A stretch of DNA of 64,000 bases from Tubulanus polymorphus (lineage: Eukaryota; Animalia; Nemertea): contig NC_134025.1 of the NCBI RefSeq assembly GCF_964204645.1, positions 16,963,101-17,027,100 on the forward strand, given 5' to 3'. Positions 27,401 to 39,400 of this stretch are shown piece after piece; position 1 is the first letter of the stretch, and each line of letters opens with the position of its first letter. The notes beneath the pieces are model-generated. The model was given only the letters and a program-made list of their open reading frames with translations. It did not search any database and was not told the origin of the DNA. The position numbers were made by a program, and so were the translations under genes.

Positions 27401-30400
27401 CCTTATTTTCAATCTAATTATCTGAAAAATGCCAGTCTTCTCCCATCATTTGAATTCAATCCTATAGTTTTCACTATTTTTCATTTGTTCTGCTTATAAT
27501 CTATAATTTAGAGTACCAATGTTTAATTTTGATGCTGATTAAACATACACTCATGTAAATTTAGGAATGTCCATATTAAGAATTTTGTTTGTTGTTTAAC
27601 CTGTGGGCTGTTTTGAACAACTCGTGCTCACCCGAATCTGAAAACTAAAGAAAATATAGCTGCAAAGATAACAGGTTTTCTGCACAGTCTTAGAATCCTG
27701 TTCAACGGTGGATTTCGACAAAGCATTTGATAAGGCACAACATCAGCCATTACTAAACAGGCTATTAGGAAACAGTATCAATGATAGGTCGCTCAAATGG
27801 CTCAGAAGTTATCTCTGAACGAAAACTAGTAGCCGAAATCAGGGAAGTGTGATGAGATGGAATACGGACGCTTTTAATTGCCGGATGTAGGCTATTCAAT
27901 TCAGCCCGTACATCAAAGGTTACCGCAACAGCAGTAAGCTACGCTTATCGAGTGTGTGTTACCAGCTGAACGCCAGTCAACATCAACTTTGATTCGGTCG
28001 CAGAACAACCCGCAATAGTTTTAGCCCGATAAATGTTCTGCGATCGATACTACGCATGCGCACTGCAGTTCATTGAACAACGTGGAAGTGGCTGTGTATA
28101 CACATATTTTTCTTTAGAAAATCGGTTGAAATTCAACAATTTCTCGTAAAATTTGTCCAAAAAGGTATGTATTTTTATTCTTCTATATCTCCGAAACCCG
28201 GTATCGGAACATTAAGTATTTATATTGTGATTAAAGTCTGTTTTTATGTGTTAAACATATGTTTTTGCCAGTTCGTTCCGATTCCGGGTTTAGCGTTATT
28301 TGGGCCTTGAAGATGTCAAATATTTCGGCCCAGACTCGCGCAGCTTTCGTTTCTGACGTCATGTTGCTATGTTACGACACAAACATATACACGAAGTATG
28401 ATCTTTAAAATGTGTATTTACTACATAATAATGTTACTTAATAACGCTTACATTAGGCCTACAAATTATTGTCTCCCATATAAACCAAGTTGCCTAAATA
28501 GCATCAGCAATCTCATTTAATTAACCTTTTCTTGTTTTTAGTCATGGATCTTTGTCGATTGTGTGGAAAAATGCGAAACCTCCGGATCGTCGTCCTATCG
28601 ATAAAAATAATTTCAAAAGCCATGTGAAGGAGTTGTTCAACATTGATTTTGATGATGATAATGAACAGTACCCGATATATATCTGTAATATGTGTCGTGT
28701 CAAATTACAAAAATGGCGTAAGAACAAAAACGTTAAAAAAACTGTCCCTGTGACTATCAAATTAAAACAATGGACATGTAAACCACTGGTTAATTCCAAG
28801 TCTGGACGGCGACGTATTTGTAGTCAAAATTTTATCGATCGATTTTCCATAATGAACTGCTGCCATTCCATTTGAACTGAATTTAAATACTCGATGGTTA
28901 ATCACTTCAGTCATAGCCTTTTCCAAATATATAGCGTTCCTGCGAAAATAATAATAATGATTATTATTTTAACATGTACTTATCTGGATTTTTTATATTA
29001 TGTTTATATATTATTTTCTGTATTCGTTTATTATTTTATAACCTAAAAGGATTGTATTGATTATAAAAATAAATGTAAAAAATACCTGTATGTGTTTTCT
29101 CGTGTTCAGATCGCAGTCTCTGGTCAGCTGAGCCTGAGAAGTACCTATATGAAAAAGAAAAGGAAAGAATAAAGTGCCTGCAATTAGGTGGAAACTATTC
29201 CGATATTTCATTGATTCAAAAGGAATAACACTCACTAGAATCGGCCGAATTTGTTGATCCTGATCCAGAGGATTCCCGTAATATTTCCGTATCGATCTGA
29301 ACCAATTCGTCACTATCAAAGAATAGATCGTCAAAATCGTCATCATTTATAATTTCGTCGACAACCGTTGCCATTTTAATACAGCGGAAAGAACCGATAT
29401 CACGATTGATAAAACACTATATCCGTCTGAAGCGATGTAGAGATAATCCCACAATGATAACGAAAAAGTCCAAAAATGTTAGTAGTTTATTCAACGTTTC
29501 GTCTATGTCCTAATAGTCATCTTCAGAAATAATGAATACTACAGAAATTATGAGAGATATATACAATCCAGAGACAAAGAGACTAATTCAAGTAATCAGA
29601 GATGATACTCACTAAAGGAAAATTAACGTAGAAACAGTTACACGCTAAAACAGATTAAAGAGAAGCAGTTAAGAGACAAACTAGGGGGCACTTAAATTTA
29701 AGACAATTGTGAATACAAGTTGATTGACTAAAATTGATGAGGGGAAATCAGGTGTTGAGTTTAACCAGTTTACAGAGGAATTTTTATATAAGTTTATTAT
29801 GGGATGAAAAACCGATATTCGGAAACAACTGAATTATTACGGAGATTCCCGATCTCGCTGGTTATCGCTTATCGGCGCGTTACGTAACAAAGCGCTCGCC
29901 GACGAACCGTTATCGGCTTTAGGGCAATTACAACGCACATTCGACAAGAGCTGCACAATAGCGTCCGTATTCCATCTCATCACACTTCCCTGCCGAAATC
30001 AACGGTACACCTCATCTTGGAATAAGTCGGTCCAACTAGTGGAGTCACGCAAGGTAGTGTCCTAAGTCGTCTTCTGTTTAATGTCCTGACAAATGACATA
30101 CACAGTAATCCAAAATATACCAGACCGAGTAAATTTCCAAAACGACCTTAACACGCTGTGTGACCTAAAAACTTAATGTTCCGACAAGAAAATCTTGTTC
30201 GAATGAAAACAATTCTGTTTGATCGAACAATACGCTTTTTGTTTGAACCAAAACTGTTCTTCATTCTGACAAAAAATGTGTTCGAAAAAAAGCTATGTTA
30301 TTGATGAAATGAAAAACTTTTTGCCCGGCAAAAAAATTTGGTTAAGCAAAAACAATTTTTTTCGAACGAATGTTTGAATGAAAACAATTCTGTTCGATTG

Positions 30401-33400
30401 AACGAAATACTTAATACTTTTGGTTCGGAGAAAAAACTTTTTACAATATACTTGTTCGAACGAAAGACGTAATGTTCTGACAAGAAAATTCTGTTCAGAT
30501 TAAAATGATACTGTTCGATCGAACGATTGTTCGAAAGAAAAACCTTTCGTTTGGACAAAAAAAAGTTTCGTCAACTTTGTTCTAACGATTTTTTCAAATT
30601 GGTTCAATCGAACATAATATTATTGGCTCGAACGAAATAAATTTTGTTCCGACGAAAGAATTTTCAAGCGAAAGGTCTTTTGAACGAAAAAAAGATATTC
30701 TGGGGCTGCGCAGTAACTTAAAGCCGAAAGAAGGTCGGCCTTGTGACGCGATGCGATCCTCGCGTTGCATCACTAGTTTCGGTGCAAGTCGGTTGCGATA
30801 CGATTGTCAGCGACTGTGCGACTAGTTTCTACCAGTCGCATGAGGGCGTAGGTCGGTTGTGACAGTCGTGTAGCGTCGCAGAAAGTAGAACACGTGCGAC
30901 TCCTTGTGTCTGGCGTTGCTGACAGTCACAACCCGTCGCAAGGGAGTGTAGGTTGATGAGTCGTTGCGACACAATCGTCGTTGGCGGTCGCAGTGAATGG
31001 CGTCTCAGTGAGTCACAAGCTGTCGCAAGGCCGACATACACCCGGCTTAAGTCATTAGGAATTAATGAAATACTAGTTTCATTTATGATGAAAAAACTCA
31101 AATGAAAAGTCTGGCTTATAAAGCTGTTTGCTCGGACGAAATTTTCAAAAAAATCTTCATTTTTGGCAAAAATCTTCATTTTTGGCAATAAAATTGATAA
31201 TTGTGATTGATCGTTGCAAGTCACAACCAGTTAATCACTAATGAACATGCATTTTAATAAATCTGATTCCTCCTTGACAGTGAACTAAGCATTAGCCTAG
31301 TAAAGTCTATCCCAGAAGTTATGACCGCGGTGCATCAAAGAGTTGTTACACTAACATATCAGGATCCCTGTGGTTTCTATCACTCAGCCTTACGAGTAAT
31401 TGAGGTCAAGCGACTACTGCATTCAAGAGTGAATAATATACCATCAACTGGCCATTCATTAAAGGATATAAAATTCCAATTTTTATAATTTTACAAAATC
31501 CTTTCTTGGATTTTTAGTTTCATTTTGGGAATAATCATGTCATGTGGCAAATTCAATCTGATTGATTTTGTACATCTATTAACTCCTCAGAGTGTGAGCA
31601 TATATAATCCGGAATCATCTCATGAGTCGAGTGGTGTTGTTTTGCTTGAAACACCATCTAAATATAATCTTTCAACTTGGAAATTGGTTTTGACACTTCA
31701 TAATGTAAACACTGACTTCAGCATCCAGCGAAAATATTCACTCTTGAATGCAACAAGACTTCAAAACTGAATTTTCATTGCTTATTACTTCATTTTCTTG
31801 GATTAAGTGTGGAAAAGTTTTGCTCTTTATTCACTCTTGCCTGTAACCATAGTAACAAGCAGCTGGGGTCCAGCGAGTCAGCGATGCTCATGGTGAGTTT
31901 GACCACTTAAAGCGGTCAGTATCAATTAAATTGCTGTTGATACTGGCTCTTTGAGAGTGAAATGCCGCGGTCATAACCACTGGGATAGACTTTAGAGGCT
32001 ACTAGCCTATGTAGGCCTATGTATATGCGTTGGCCTAACATCCGGACAGATCGGTCGTAGGTCTATTGAATAACAACCCGGCGTGAATTTTGTTTCCAAT
32101 GAGCCCGTTAATAAACGCAACAATTATACTGTTTGTTTGAGACATTAAAGGTCAGTACCAGTTGGCCTGAAGCCTTAAGGTCGCGTAAAACTCGATAAAC
32201 ACTTCAAGCGAAACAGCAAACGATCTCCTTTCCCCTCACAGCGAACGCTTACTTCGAATGTCAAGTGTGAGTCCAGCATCCGGATAGGAGTGTGTTATAT
32301 ACTTAATACCTTGTGCATTTGACAATGATCGGTATGTACTGTAGGAAATATAGAGATTGATGGTATTGATATAGAGGTTGAAGCCAGCGGCCAAATAAAG
32401 TAATATATTCTTTTATTTTGATACCTCGTCGACACAACAGCTTTTCTCCGCTATATCTCTTCGGCGTGTTTAGTTTAGGCCTTCGACTCCCCGGTACACT
32501 AAAGATTTATCTTAGTAAATACACAGTTAATTTGGTAAAGAGAAATAGGTATTGTTAAACTAACTGCTTGAAACCCACAGCCAAATCACTGGTAGTAATA
32601 AATTAATTTGTACTCGATTTGATTCTCATGATGAGGAGAAACTCGCAGCTGATCCCCGGAACGACGATGTAGTGACACACGTCGATTCGTCGATGTTTAC
32701 GGCTCCACAGTGCTTTTAAAATCTAAAGTAGTAAATTTCCAGTGTATCGGTAATATGATTTGATGAGGAAAATTGGGTATTGTTAAAATTACTGTTTGAA
32801 GACCGCGGCTGAATGTGAAGCCTGCTGCAATGAATTAGTTCATTTATACTTGAATTGATAATCGAAGTGACAATCGGCCTGCGGGTTGATTTCGGGATGA
32901 CGACTCGAAAAACATGTTGCCCAATTGAATGGGGCTAAATTTTCGATGTTTACGGCCCGACTGCTTTTGTAACGATGAAATCGAGAATAACGAAGATACG
33001 GTATTTTTACCATTCCCTAGTGGCAGTTGTATGAACTAATTTTGGCAGCTTGCGTACTATACTTCTTATGTATATGTACTCACACCAGGTTTTTGTTGAT
33101 GTCTATCATAAAATGACTGAATTACACGTGAAGAAATGGATGTTAGAATGAATTTTTCGAAATTTACACCCCCTAGTGGTTAGAAAATTGGAACTTATTA
33201 CGTGAAGGGTTCGTTGTATCTCATATCCAGGTACACGTGTATCAATTTTCATAGAAATCCCTTTATCCGGCTAGAGATATGAATAAAAATGCATTTCCAG
33301 CAACATGTAGGTGGCGCTCCTGGAGAACCATATAAGTTACCTACTTAAACCATACATCAATACAAGTATCTTGAAAAGGACTACTAACCTCACATAGCAT

Positions 33401-36400
33401 CCACGATTCTATCACCAACAGTTAAGGAGCTAGGAGCAAAAATCGTAGTTTTCACAGTCCCCTGGTGGCAGTTGTATGAACTAATCATGCAGGTTGGCAT
33501 ATTGCACACATGTATTTGAAATTATACCAAGTTTTGTGATTTTCATATTAAACAGACCGCATTACATGCGAAAAATGGATGCTGAGATCAATTTTTCCAA
33601 ATTTACGCCCCCTAGTGGTTAAAATACGAACTAATCATGTGAGGGGTTCGTTGCATTTAGTTACCAGGTACATGTGTATCAATTTTTGTAGAAATCCATT
33701 GATACCCTTAGTCGATATAAATGAAAATGCGTTTTCCAGCGTCTTATAGGTGGCGCTACTGGAGAACCATATGAGTAACATAGTTATACCATACATCAAT
33801 ACAAGCATATTGTCAAGGGCTACTGATCACTCATTGCAACCATGATTCTATCACCAACGGTTAAGGAGCTAGGAGCAAAAATCTCATTAAAAAATTTGGG
33901 GGCCCATTTTCGAGCCCGGAGAGCCCAAACGGTTAATCGCAGATAGGACGTGCCGATGACTCTTTTAACCTCCGAGCTGTTATGAACAACTTTCGTGCTC
34001 ACCCGAAGCTGAAAAGTCAAAGACAACAATTTTTCTCAGTACATTTTCGATGTCAGAATTTTCAAAAGTAAAACACCCCCTGGTGGATGAACGGGGGCCC
34101 CAATCAAAGATCCCTGAGACTCACCTGAAGGTACCTGAGTTCCATACATCTCACGTAAGTTTCAAGTAAATCCGTCAAGGAATATTGTAATGCTAGCAGA
34201 ATATATTCATCCAGGCTCACGCGTATCGATAGCTGCATTCATTAGCTCACTGCAAGGATGCTATTGCTTATATGCGGCACAAACGAGGCTATAAGAATTC
34301 CTCAGTTGCGTTCACTCAAGACTGACCTCATTCAGTGCGCCACATATATAGAAGCAGAGATAAAAAATACTAAAAAACTACGGATCTAGTACACTGCTCT
34401 ATCACTGCTTATAGGGACACTGACACAAACGCACGTACTGACGCGCCGTGGGAATGACACGTAGGCAATACACATACGTAGATGGATACTGTTTGAATCG
34501 GACTTAAATTTCGATGTTTAGAGGCTCACAGTGAGTAAACAGTGCAATTCTAATTAATATTACATACAGTATTTGTCAATGCAGCGTAGTACTTGTGATA
34601 CAGAATGGTTTCACCGACATTGAACGTAAATTGCAGTTGTTTATATCCTTTCAGTAAGATCCAGTGTGAAAAAGAATATAATAATAAATATAGCTGTCAA
34701 GCAGCGATGACGGGTTTTCTGCAAAGCCATTCAGAATGATGGGAATTGTAGTAAATTGAAATATCGATACATAGAATAAAATGCATTGACAGATTCGAAC
34801 CTAATATGCTACCACTGTGTAAACGTCAAATATGATTCAGCTTTGAAACCGAACATACGCGGACGTACAATCAACAAATATTAATTCATTTGACCAGGCA
34901 CTTATTTTGGCATTCAAACATCATGATACTGTATTATCACCATGCTTAAAAATGGATCTGTCCTATTAAGAACTCATTTGAAGCACCTGCTGAGTCGATA
35001 GATTGAGGGAATTAACAGATAAGAACGTATAATGATTTAGAATAGATTTAAGAAGTTAATGTTTTTATTGAAATATTTGAATAAATACCTATATTGTAGT
35101 GTAGATTCAATCAATAAATTATGAATTGACCTGGTCGGGGTTTCCGGCTGATGTTGATTTTGGCTTTTATGGATTACAAATTCTATAGTGATAAACAATT
35201 GATACCTGCAACATGTGTGTAAATCAAACCTATTCCACTAGTTGCGTGTGTTTCCTAATAAACGGGAGAGTCACTCGATCTGAGTTATTAGAAAAATAAT
35301 GTTCATCTAGTTATAGAAATTCATTGCCTTTTTGGAAATTCTGTAATAATATTCGTTCTGTCCTAATTTTCATTACTGTATGAACCAATGATATGCTTTG
35401 TAAATATGATGTAATAAAATTAATTTGAATTTGAATTAAATTTGAACATGAGAATCAAGCATAACTTGTGTTTTTTCAACTTGTCTTTTGTTCCAGAGTC
35501 TCAATTACAATCAAATCCGATTTGGCTAAAAAGTACATAGGACTAAATGAAATGAACCGTTAGTTACTGCAAACCTATTCCAGTGTTATGTCGATCGTGT
35601 TGAATCACTCTCCTTGAGTTGAAAGAATCAGATCTTCTATGGTGCAACATCGGTCGAAGAGAGATATCTTGGTGTTGACTGTCCTTGACCATCTAACTGC
35701 ATGCGTTCGACATTGGAATCAGCATCATACCCGTTTGAACTGCAAAATATTCATACAACATGAAAACCTACAGTACATGTATACAGTAATCAAACTTTCA
35801 CCGATGTTGGATATTTGAATGAATGTTGGGCTTATTTCAGTATTCTAAAGCAGGAAATAATAAGTCCAATCAATAGGCCCTATTCCCATTGGAACAATTG
35901 TATAATGCGTACGCTGTACTGTACACTTATCAGTCAAGAATGGAGAAATCGGTATACCAAACCTACGAACAGCAAAATGTACAGGCCTACAATGATTTCT
36001 GGTATACAAGCCGTGACCACATTGACTATTAATGTCAGCAGGTCAGAGAAGGCCTGGCCAAATTTAATCACATGGCTCAAATCAATTAGCCTTTCTGCGT
36101 GTGAATACTTCACTGTTTTGTGGGATCATTCATTTATTACGTACGCATTAGGGGAGGGGTTAGGGTCAGGGCAATAACGTACTGTAATGCTTAATGTACA
36201 TGAAAAAATGGCAGATTTTGCGTACAGAGGGAGAGGGGGTTGAAATAATCAAATTTTATGCGTACGTAATAAATGAATGATCCCTGTTATAAAAATAGGC
36301 CTATCGAGTGAATTAGTACATAGACTGAATTAGACTTTAGGCTAGTCCTGGCCAAATCCTATCCATGTTATAATTGCACCAGTTATAGTAACATCACTGT

Positions 36401-39400
36401 AGGGCCGACGAGAGGGAAAAAGTTGTGTTTGTAGTACATAGGCATGGTAGGCTTGTCGTACTCACTTAATACCCGGTACTTAAAACGCTGTTGTTACCTG
36501 TACGTGACTGTACGGTGATTTCTACAGGTTAGCCGTATGTGAGTATGTTGACGCTCAGACTTGCAATATTGGGATCCCAAACCAAACGAAAAAAAAATCC
36601 AGTTGTAGTCCAGTGATTTACCCACTGTGCCACAGAACGTAACTGCAGGGTGGATGAAATTTGATTTACAAATAGCCTAGCCTCACCTAACCCAAATTCT
36701 TTCACGCATGCACGTTTACAGATTATAGGAACTCACTTATGGCCTTTTTAGGGAACTCACGTACGGTTAACCTGTGGATATCACCGTACAGTCACTGGCA
36801 CGTACGGGTAACAACTTCGTACTTAAAAAATGGTATTGGCTACTAGGAACTCACGTACGGCGTTAGTAGGCACACCTGCCAACCGTTACGTTTTTTGCCG
36901 TATTCCGTTCCGGTGCTACCCGCGGTAATACGGCGTTACTGGCACAGGCAATGGAATACGCTTTTTTCCGATATCGTTCCGATGTTACGCCAATGAGCAA
37001 ATAAATACGGCCTCAATAAAAATCTCCTTATATTATGTCAATAAAGGTAATTTTGCAGTACATAATCGGTATTTTAATGGTTTATTAACATTTATTACGG
37101 GGAAATTTGGTTTTTATTTGAGTAATTGTCACGAAGTTTCCATACAGCCGGGAACCAGTCTAGCGAATTTTCGGTTACAACTAGTAATACCGGGAACCAG
37201 TCTAGCGAATTTTCGGTTACAACGAGTAATTTTCATCGCTCAAATTGTCATGAATGTTGCAAATGGCGGACGAAGTTCACGACGTTTTGTCAAATCTGGA
37301 AAATTCGGAGGGTTCTCCGTCTTCTTCGGAGTCGGAATCTGAAACTGATACTGCGGTAACAGGTAGTAGAAAACGTATGATTAAGAAATATCGAACAGAA
37401 GTATAAAAAATCGTACAGCGTACAATATCCATGTTTCATAGCATCGAAATTAAGTAAATATCATGCAAGATGTACGATATGTCAAATCGATATAGTGATC
37501 TCACATGGCGGATTAAATGATATTTCACGTCATTGTGAAAGAAAAGGACATAAGGATAAAGCGACAATTCGTTACTGGCCATATTGAAAATGTTACTGGC
37601 AAAGGTCACATCAAGTCTAGTGGGTCACTGGCTAAATCTAAAAAATACTGGCAAATTTGAAAAATGTTACTATCTTGAAAAATTCAATGTTGGCAGGTCT
37701 GAGTAGGGAACTCACGTACGGTTAACCTGTGGAGATCACCATACAGTCACGTACGAGTAACAACTACGTACTTACTGGTATTGGCTACTATATAATAGGC
37801 CTATAGACATATAATACCGGTACTGCGGTAGGCTTTCTTAGCTTCCACACTTCACAACCGAACCAACTGACCAACCAGTATATTTATTCCCAGTACGCAC
37901 CAACCGGCGCAGGCCTAACACTGTTTGTCAACTGTGTGTACCCTAGTAGGCTATCGATAATCACCTGATGCTTTTCTGTCGTTTGTTTTCTCCCTGAGAC
38001 GAACGTAATTCTAGCAGCCCTCCGCGACTCAACGACCTTGATTTAAACTTGATCAATTCAAAATCTGTTTATTGACGCTTTTGGTTACATGGACTGATCA
38101 GCAATATACTTAAATGAAATAACCGGAATAACAAGAAATCAAAAATATTAAAGAGGTAACAAACAAATGCCCGTAAACCTGTCAGACACGCGAACGCCGG
38201 ACTCGTAAACTCTTGGACTCGGACCCGCTGAGCAATAAATTCATAAAATTGACTTTGAAATTGATTGTGGAGAAGAGAGGGAATAATTCGATAGCTCCTA
38301 CGGCTCGACAGTGCCTTTATAACGTAGATTTATCAAAATTCCCATGCAGTATCTGGAGATTGAAGTGAGCTGAAGGATATCATACGGATTGTATCGGCGA
38401 CAGTGGTAAGGTAAGGAAGCCTTTACACTTTTAACAAAAACTGTGTGGAAAAGGGAAAAAAAAAATAATAATCACGCGAATTTCAATAGGGTTTTCTCTG
38501 AAGCAACAGAAAACCCTAAATATAGCTGCAAAGCAGCGATAACGGGTTTCTGCCTTGCCAGGTTAAATACCGTACTAGGGAGGTTGCAAAAGATTTCACT
38601 GAAATCAGTTCATTACGTACCACTATCTATGAAGAAGCGCCACCCAGGAGTCAGCCTGTATCATGGGTCAGCCCATATCATGGATATGTTGACTCATGGC
38701 TCTTAAGTGCAAAGTAATGATGTACCAAGTTTAGGGAAAATAACTTCAAGAAAATAGGTGATACAGTGTTCTACCATTCCCTCGTAGCAGTTGTATCAAC
38801 TAATTTAGCTTGTTAGCCTAGTATACCTATGTTCATGTGCTCACACCAGGTTTTGTGATATCTATAATAAAATGGCAGAATAACACGCGAAAAATGGATG
38901 CTAGAATGACTTTTCAAGATTTACGCCCCATAGGGATTAGAATAGGAACTAATTATGTGAGGGGATCGTTGTATCTCATATCAAAGTACATGTGTATCAA
39001 TTTTCATAGAAATCCCTCCATCCGATAAGTAGATAATAATGAAAATGCATTTCCAACAATTTGTAGGTATATATATATAATTTATTTTTCATCATTATGT
39101 AATGCAAGATACAATATAGGAGTTAAACATAGTTTTTACAGACATAAGATGAGGGACACAGTGCGAGCCTAGGGCTGTACTTATAATTACTAAGGCACTG
39201 TGCCCACGTGCATTATGTGCAAGGTGCAATACAAATAGATATATATGTTACTTTATAATATATGAATATCGTTAACATTATAATATTCATCCATATTCAT
39301 AATAATAAGAAGGATTATAATACTTAATGATAATAATAATAATAATAATAGTAAAAATAATAATAATGATAATAATAATGTAAAAAAAAAACAGATAAAG

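Larger units (their letters stand above)
27840..29992. mobile_element. Internally deleted DNA transposon with perfect 32-33 bp TIRs; TSD either GCCGAAATC (9 bp) or CCGAAAT (7 bp)
   Basis: (C)AGGGAAGTGTGATGAGATGGAATACGGACGCT at both ends in inverted orientation. The element is absent from the paralogous site at about 43270. Confidence 0.92.

Noticed and set aside
29011-29346. 111-aa ORF from the supplied track
   Set aside because: It runs across intron-like sequence; a different frame with splice sites explains the region better.
27840-29992. Bona fide ProtoRAG/Transib transposon
   Set aside because: No CAC heptamer/nonamer RSS-like ends, TSD is not 5 bp, no RAG1 core present, and the second gene lacks recognisable kelch repeats.
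30298-31224. ORFs of 86 and 131 aa (and counterparts at 43699-44319)
   Set aside because: They are translations of TTCGAA- and GTCGCA-rich repeat modules, and the frames are not conserved between the two copies.
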